DNA of 64,000 bases from Flavobacteriales bacterium (GTDB lineage: Bacteria > Bacteroidota > Bacteroidia > Flavobacteriales_D > Sanyastnellaceae), in contig JBJXFP010000096.1 of NCBI GenBank assembly GCA_046155615.1, forward strand, positions 398 to 64,397, read 5' to 3'. The position numbers were made by a program, and so were the translations under genes. The notes under the pieces were generated by a model that had not been told where the DNA came from, did not search any database, and saw only the letters and a program-made list of their open reading frames with translations. Below are positions 59,273 to 64,000 of this stretch, one piece after another. How positions within the stretch are numbered: the first letter of the stretch is position 1; each line of letters begins with the position of its first letter.

Positions 59273-61087
59273 CTAAAACGAATAGCTCGCGCCCAGCATA
59301 GCCACCAATTGTTGGTTAGTGTATGCACCCCAGCGCTGGTACTTCATGGCGAGGGCATTGTGCAGTTGCACCCATGCGCTCAATCGTTTGTTGTAGCGGT
59401 ATTCCACACGCAGGTTCATGTCTAAGTAGCCTTTCAGTTTGTATTGGTAGTAAGGTTTTCCGTAGCTATCGAAGCCCGCTTCCACGCCATTTACAGGCAC
59501 TGTGCTTTTGGCCCAGCGCGCACCGGTATAGAACAGGTCGGTCCCTATTATGAATTTGTTTTTCAGGTTGTATTGAGCGTTGGCCAACAGCTTCAGTTTG
59601 GGCTGATGCCACGGGTGGTCTTGAAGGCCCAGGTTGGTGTAGTTAAAGTAGTCAGCGCGTATGTTGCCTTTCCACTTCTCGCTGGCATATATGGCCAATT
59701 CGCCATGCAGGTTGATGGCCTCCAGATCATCATACAGCACAGCCATCTGGTTGCCCCATGCTGCATATCCACTGGCAGCATCATGCACCGAATCGTTAAT
59801 GAAGTATTCGAAGTTGGCCCACTCGTAGTAGTTCACTCCGGCACTGTAGCTTACTACACTGCTTACCGCACCGCCTATACCTGCATACACATCCAATTTG
59901 TTGTTTCTGTTGCGCAGTCGCGGAAATGTTTGTATAAAAGGATTTTGCTGATAAAGCCCAAGGTAAGTGGTGGGTGTGGTGCTGCCTCTTATGCCTGCAT
60001 AAGGCACTACTATACCATTGAACAAGCTGTAGCTCGCCTCCAGCAGTGGGTAGAAGTGGCCCGGCTGGCTGCTGTTGCCTTCTATATAAACACCCATGCC
60101 CACTTTGGCCCTCAGGTTGCGCCATGTAGTGCTCGCAGTAGGTACAAATTTGATTATGGCATTCTCTCTTTCGCGAGCGCGAAATTGTCTATTGTCAGCA
60201 CTGTATGGTATGGGGTCTTGCAAATTCAGATTCAGTCCATCCATCTGTGGCCCGAAGAAGCGGAAGTTGTTGTAGTTGACACCTACATCCATGGCGTAGA
60301 GGGTGCTGTCCACTAAGCTGCGGCCATGTATGAGAATATCGAAGTTGGTTTCTTCATTCTTGTAAAAGTCGCGGCTGCTGCGCAAATACACATCAGCATT
60401 GTAGTTGAAGTCGCCCGTGTCGCGCTGGTGTGTAAATAGTGAAAGCCCTCCGCCAAAGGTGTTCATGCGTTGGTCAAACTGCAGACTGTCGAATGCGGGG
60501 CCTGTGTAGTCGTTCTTCACATCCACACCATAGAAGTGGTTCACGTTGCGCTCCCAGCCAGCGCGTGCCAGCAGTTGTTGTTTTTTGAAAAACCATTTCG
60601 CCCATGCCTCTGCCTTGTGGTCGCTGTAGCGGTCGGGTATGCTGTCTTTATCATCAAGGGGCACACCATCGCCACGCAGAAACTGGTAGTGCACACCGTA
60701 AGTGCCTTTTTTGCTTCGCCCATCGGTAAAGTAGAAGTCAACTGGTGCTGTATTGTAGGTGCCATATCCCGCCTTGATGTATGCTTTATACAAGTACGGC
60801 AGTTTTTCTTCCACGTTGATTTTGGCCGCGGGAATCAGTGCCGGTTCTATGGTTATGCTTTTGGGTGTGGGCAGGGTGGTGTATTTGATTGTAGTCATTT
60901 GTACCACGCTGTCTTTTGTCTGCGGCCAGGTGCTCAGCTTATTGGCATCTTTCAGAAATAGCCTGCGGTCGCCACCAAAAGTAGATTCAAAGTTGAGCGA
61001 GTCTTGCCCGTGCAGTGTGCAGAGCGCGAGCAGTAGTATGGCTGTGGTGATTATGCTTTTTATCACGTATGTGGTTGTGTGTTGCAT
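59273..61087 (-). CDS. Putative porin / outer-membrane beta-barrel protein
   Basis: N-terminal signal-like hydrophobic stretch, alternating aromatic beta-strand pattern, and C-terminal ...GASYSF. Lies 20 nt downstream of the TPR gene. Confidence 0.6.
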   Translation of the reverse strand: MQHTTTYVIKSIITTAILLLALCTLHGQDSLNFESTFGGDRRLFLKDANKLSTWPQTKDSVVQMTTIKYTTLPTPKSITIEPALIPAAKINVEEKLPYLYKAYIKAGYGTYNTAPVDFYFTDGRSKKGTYGVHYQFLRGDGVPLDDKDSIPDRYSDHKAEAWAKWFFKKQQLLARAGWERNVNHFYGVDVKNDYTGPAFDSLQFDQRMNTFGGGLSLFTHQRDTGDFNYNADVYLRSSRDFYKNEETNFDILIHGRSLVDSTLYAMDVGVNYNNFRFFGPQMDGLNLNLQDPIPYSADNRQFRARERENAIIKFVPTASTTWRNLRAKVGMGVYIEGNSSQPGHFYPLLEASYSLFNGIVVPYAGIRGSTTPTTYLGLYQQNPFIQTFPRLRNRNNKLDVYAGIGGAVSSVVSYSAGVNYYEWANFEYFINDSVHDAASGYAAWGNQMAVLYDDLEAINLHGELAIYASEKWKGNIRADYFNYTNLGLQDHPWHQPKLKLLANAQYNLKNKFIIGTDLFYTGARWAKSTVPVNGVEAGFDSYGKPYYQYKLKGYLDMNLRVEYRYNKRLSAWVQLHNALAMKYQRWGAYTNQQLVAMLGASYSF

Positions 61088-61107
61088 GCTTTGTCAGATG
61101 TGGTTTA

Positions 61108-64000
61108 TCAGTCTTCCTCAGGGTTCAGGTCTATTTCAGGAGTGGTGCCACCTGTGCCGTTGCCTTGTCCGCTTTCAAGTGCATTCAGTTGTTCTTCTTT
61201 CTTTTTGTTCTCGTCCAGCACCCATTGTTCCTCCACATTTTCATTGATGGCATTGATGGTGCTTCGAGCATTGAAGTAGTCGGGCATGGCTATGTAGGCA
61301 TCTACCAGCAGCAGAAAGGCTTTGTACTTCCACTCATCGAAGGCTGAGTATTTCTCTACCATTTTGAATACTTCGGTCTCACACTTTTTGTATTCGCCTT
61401 TGCCAAAGAGACATCGTGCTATGCCGTAGCTGCTTTCGGCTGCATCCGCTCCGTCTTTCTTAATCACTTCTTTGAAGTCGGCAGTGGCCGCATCCCACTC
61501 TCCTGCATCTAACCGTATGCGCCCGCGCCACAGGTGTGCTGTGTATCTGATGTCTAATGGCGTGCTGGTGTTGGTTATCACCATGTCGGCAAAAGTTTTG
61601 GCAGCTGCCATATCGCCAAGCAGGTAGTTGCAGCGCATCATGCCTATCTGTGCTTCGAGCTGGTTGGTTTTTGAAACAGCATTCAGTAATCTGTTGTAGT
61701 GCTCGCGTGCAGCAGCGTAGTTCTGCTTGTTGTAGGTAATGGTGGCTGCATTCTTCAGGCTCACTTCAAGGTAGCTGTAGTCCACTCCCTGCTGGCCCAC
61801 CACATAGTTGTAGCTCTCTAATGCTTTGTCCACATCATCAGCTTCATAGTAGCATTGTGCTAAATAGAAGTGTGCTTCAGTAGCGTAGTACGCAGGCTGG
61901 AAGCGTTGCAGATAAGCAGTCAGTTTGGTTATGCCATTGGCACAATCCCCACGCTGTGCATACTCCACTGCATTTTTATATACATCAGTTTCCACTTCGT
62001 CTTTGGTGGCACCGCCTACGGTCATCGCATCATTTTGGAATTGCTGGTCGTCTATCAGCACTTGTTTGCAAACTGCGTAGGCTTCTTTCAGCACGCCATC
62101 ACCCGGATATTTCTGCTTCAGGCTCACGTAGGTTTCTTTCACCTTTTCGTTGTTGCCTTCCTTCACATACACACGGCACAGATCCACTAAGGCATACTTG
62201 GCGTAGGCACTCGTGCTGTGGTTGTTCACTATGTCTGTGTAATAGGTTTTGGCATCGTTTAGTCTGTTGTCAGCCAAATAAGTTTTGGCTAATTCATACT
62301 TGGCATCTACTTCAAATTTGCTGTCGGGTCTTTCGCTCAGCAGGCTTTTCAACACCCATGCTTTCTTGTCGTTCTGCCCATCGTAGCCATAGGCCATGGC
62401 TTTCTGATACATGGCGTAGTCTTTTCCCAGCTCATTTTTATCAGCAGCCTTGTCGTAGTATGCAATGGCTTGTGTGTAGTTTTTATTTACGAAAAAACAA
62501 TCGCCTATGCGCAGGTAGGCATCGTTCTCTTTCGCATTGTCCTTCACATGGCCACCATCCACATACTTGCGAAAGGCGGTGTTGGCATTGGCATATATGT
62601 CGCGCGAGGTTTGCACATTGTCCTCATCGTTGGCCATTTTGAAATAGGCGTAGCCCATACCGTAGTGTGCCAGTCCGTAGTATTCGCTGTTGAAGGCGCC
62701 CGGCTCTGCCAGAAAGGCGGTGTAGCGCGCCACGGCATCGGCCCACTGCTTTCGCTGGTATTTTATTTCTGCTTTCCAAAATTTGGCATCGGCATTCACC
62801 GTAGGGTTGATGGGGTAGGTGGGCACCATGTCGAAGTGTTTATCAGCACCGGGCATGTCGCCACTCTGGTAAAGGTCCACAGCGCGGTTGTATGCCACCA
62901 CCTGGTAGGCTTCTTTCACACGGTTGTCTTTTACTTTTATCTTGTCCAGCGAGGTAAGGGCGCGCTCATAGTTGCGCGATTTCATGTACACATTCAGCAG
63001 AAATTCATATGCCTCATCTCTGCGTGGCGAGTCGGGGTAGCGCTCAAGGTATTCTTCAAAAGCAGTGATGGCCTCGTGAAATGGATTGTAAGAAAGTTCG
63101 AAGGCCAGCTTGGCGTAGTTGAACATGGCATCTTCCTGCACATCTTTCAGAAAGTCCATGTCTGCGGCTTCTTCAAATGCATTGCGCGCATATTCTTTCT
63201 GTTGCAGTTTCAGGTAGCACTCACCTAAGTTGTACGATGCACGTTGCTGCAATTCATCACGCTCACCGGCTATCTTGCTGTAGTTGTCAATGGCCTTTTG
63301 CCACGCTGATGTGCGGTGGTACGCGTAGGCCAATTGGTAGTAGTCTTCACGCGTCAGGTCGGGCCTGTCAGTAGCTGTGTGGTATTGCTCTAAGTAGGGA
63401 ATGGCCTCTGCAAATCTTTCTTTGATGCAATAAGAATCGCCAATGAGACGGGCTATCTCAGCCACGCGTTTGGTGTTGTTGGCTTGCGCCTGTTGCAATG
63501 CTTCGGGGCCATAGCGCAGCACCTCGTCATACTTCTTTTGTTTGTAATAAATCTGTGCGATGTAGTATGGCACTAATGGTTTGAATACTTCATCCTTTTC
63601 CAATTCCAGAAAACCTTCGAGGGCTGTTTGCATATCGCCCTGCTCGTAAGCAATGTGGCTGTAGTAGTAAGTGGCTGCCTGTTTGTAATCGCTCTCTTGT
63701 TGCTTGGCCTCATAGAAGTCTTGCCGCGCACCGGGCACATCACCGGTCTCGAAGCGTGCATGTCCCCGCTTGTATTGCAGCTCTGTCAGCTCATCACGGC
63801 TCAGCAGTTTTTCATCCACCCTCTCAAACCATTCCAATGCTTTCTTGTATGATTTCTTTTGGTACTGGAATGAGGCCAATTCGAAAAATGCGCGCTGCTT
63901 CCATGGCGAATCAGGATGCTCTATCACAAATTGCTCAAGCAAAAACTCCGCATCGGGATGAAAGAGGTAGAGCGCACATACGCCCCTGTAATATTCACTG
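61108..64000 (-). CDS. Large tetratricopeptide-repeat protein; the 5' end lies beyond the right edge of the window
   Basis: The minus-strand frame stays open from 63942 to base 64000, so the listed TTG start is internal. Many 34-aa TPR-like units are present (A..Y..A...Y..G.Y..A pattern). Confidence 0.8.
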   Translation of the reverse strand, partial: SEYYRGVCALYLFHPDAEFLLEQFVIEHPDSPWKQRAFFELASFQYQKKSYKKALEWFERVDEKLLSRDELTELQYKRGHARFETGDVPGARQDFYEAKQQESDYKQAATYYYSHIAYEQGDMQTALEGFLELEKDEVFKPLVPYYIAQIYYKQKKYDEVLRYGPEALQQAQANNTKRVAEIARLIGDSYCIKERFAEAIPYLEQYHTATDRPDLTREDYYQLAYAYHRTSAWQKAIDNYSKIAGERDELQQRASYNLGECYLKLQQKEYARNAFEEAADMDFLKDVQEDAMFNYAKLAFELSYNPFHEAITAFEEYLERYPDSPRRDEAYEFLLNVYMKSRNYERALTSLDKIKVKDNRVKEAYQVVAYNRAVDLYQSGDMPGADKHFDMVPTYPINPTVNADAKFWKAEIKYQRKQWADAVARYTAFLAEPGAFNSEYYGLAHYGMGYAYFKMANDEDNVQTSRDIYANANTAFRKYVDGGHVKDNAKENDAYLRIGDCFFVNKNYTQAIAYYDKAADKNELGKDYAMYQKAMAYGYDGQNDKKAWVLKSLLSERPDSKFEVDAKYELAKTYLADNRLNDAKTYYTDIVNNHSTSAYAKYALVDLCRVYVKEGNNEKVKETYVSLKQKYPGDGVLKEAYAVCKQVLIDDQQFQNDAMTVGGATKDEVETDVYKNAVEYAQRGDCANGITKLTAYLQRFQPAYYATEAHFYLAQCYYEADDVDKALESYNYVVGQQGVDYSYLEVSLKNAATITYNKQNYAAAREHYNRLLNAVSKTNQLEAQIGMMRCNYLLGDMAAAKTFADMVITNTSTPLDIRYTAHLWRGRIRLDAGEWDAATADFKEVIKKDGADAAESSYGIARCLFGKGEYKKCETEVFKMVEKYSAFDEWKYKAFLLLVDAYIAMPDYFNARSTINAINENVEEQWVLDENKKKEEQLNALESGQGNGTGGTTPEIDLNPEED

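Noticed and set aside
59444-60316. 290 aa plus-strand ORF opposite the putative porin gene, and similarly 62470-63228 opposite the TPR gene and 49406-50155 opposite the DUF58 gene
   Set aside because: All are antisense to better-supported genes, are Val/His/Cys-rich and lack motifs. They fit the recurring shadow-ORF pattern in this genome.

Overview
This 64 kb window looks like a Bacteroidota chromosome segment. Supporting signs are gldC, T9SS type A and type B C-terminal sorting domains, a GWxTD protein, a TonB-dependent receptor paired with a DUF4249-like lipoprotein, and frequent lipoprotein signal peptides. It is densely coding on both strands. About half is clear housekeeping: gdhA, pgk, accB/accC, proS, rpmE, frr, folK, mdh, uvrB, engB and one tRNA-Ser(UGA). 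There is a compact zeaxanthin-type carotenoid cluster (crtI-crtB-idi-crtZ-lycopene cyclase domain gene). Several very large secreted or surface proteins are present: HYR, PKD, choice-of-anchor-L, VPS10/BNR and TPR. I saw no rRNA, CRISPR array, transposase, integrase or prophage genes. All product calls come from reading the supplied translations and recalling family motifs; no searches were run. The two best candidates for an uncharacterised system are: (1) a five-gene, translationally coupled MoxR AAA+/DUF58 operon with three membrane or envelope partners and no vWA client (48827-55394); (2) a lipoprotein with an extreme Asn/Gly/Tyr/Trp-rich low-complexity core, followed 29 nt later by an outer-membrane beta-barrel gene (25999-29095). 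Several unexplained structured non-coding elements also deserve a look: a ~180 bp palindromic element at 11967-12148, a 29 bp strand-asymmetric hairpin at 17688-17766, and TTGAC-containing repeats inside two operon spacers.
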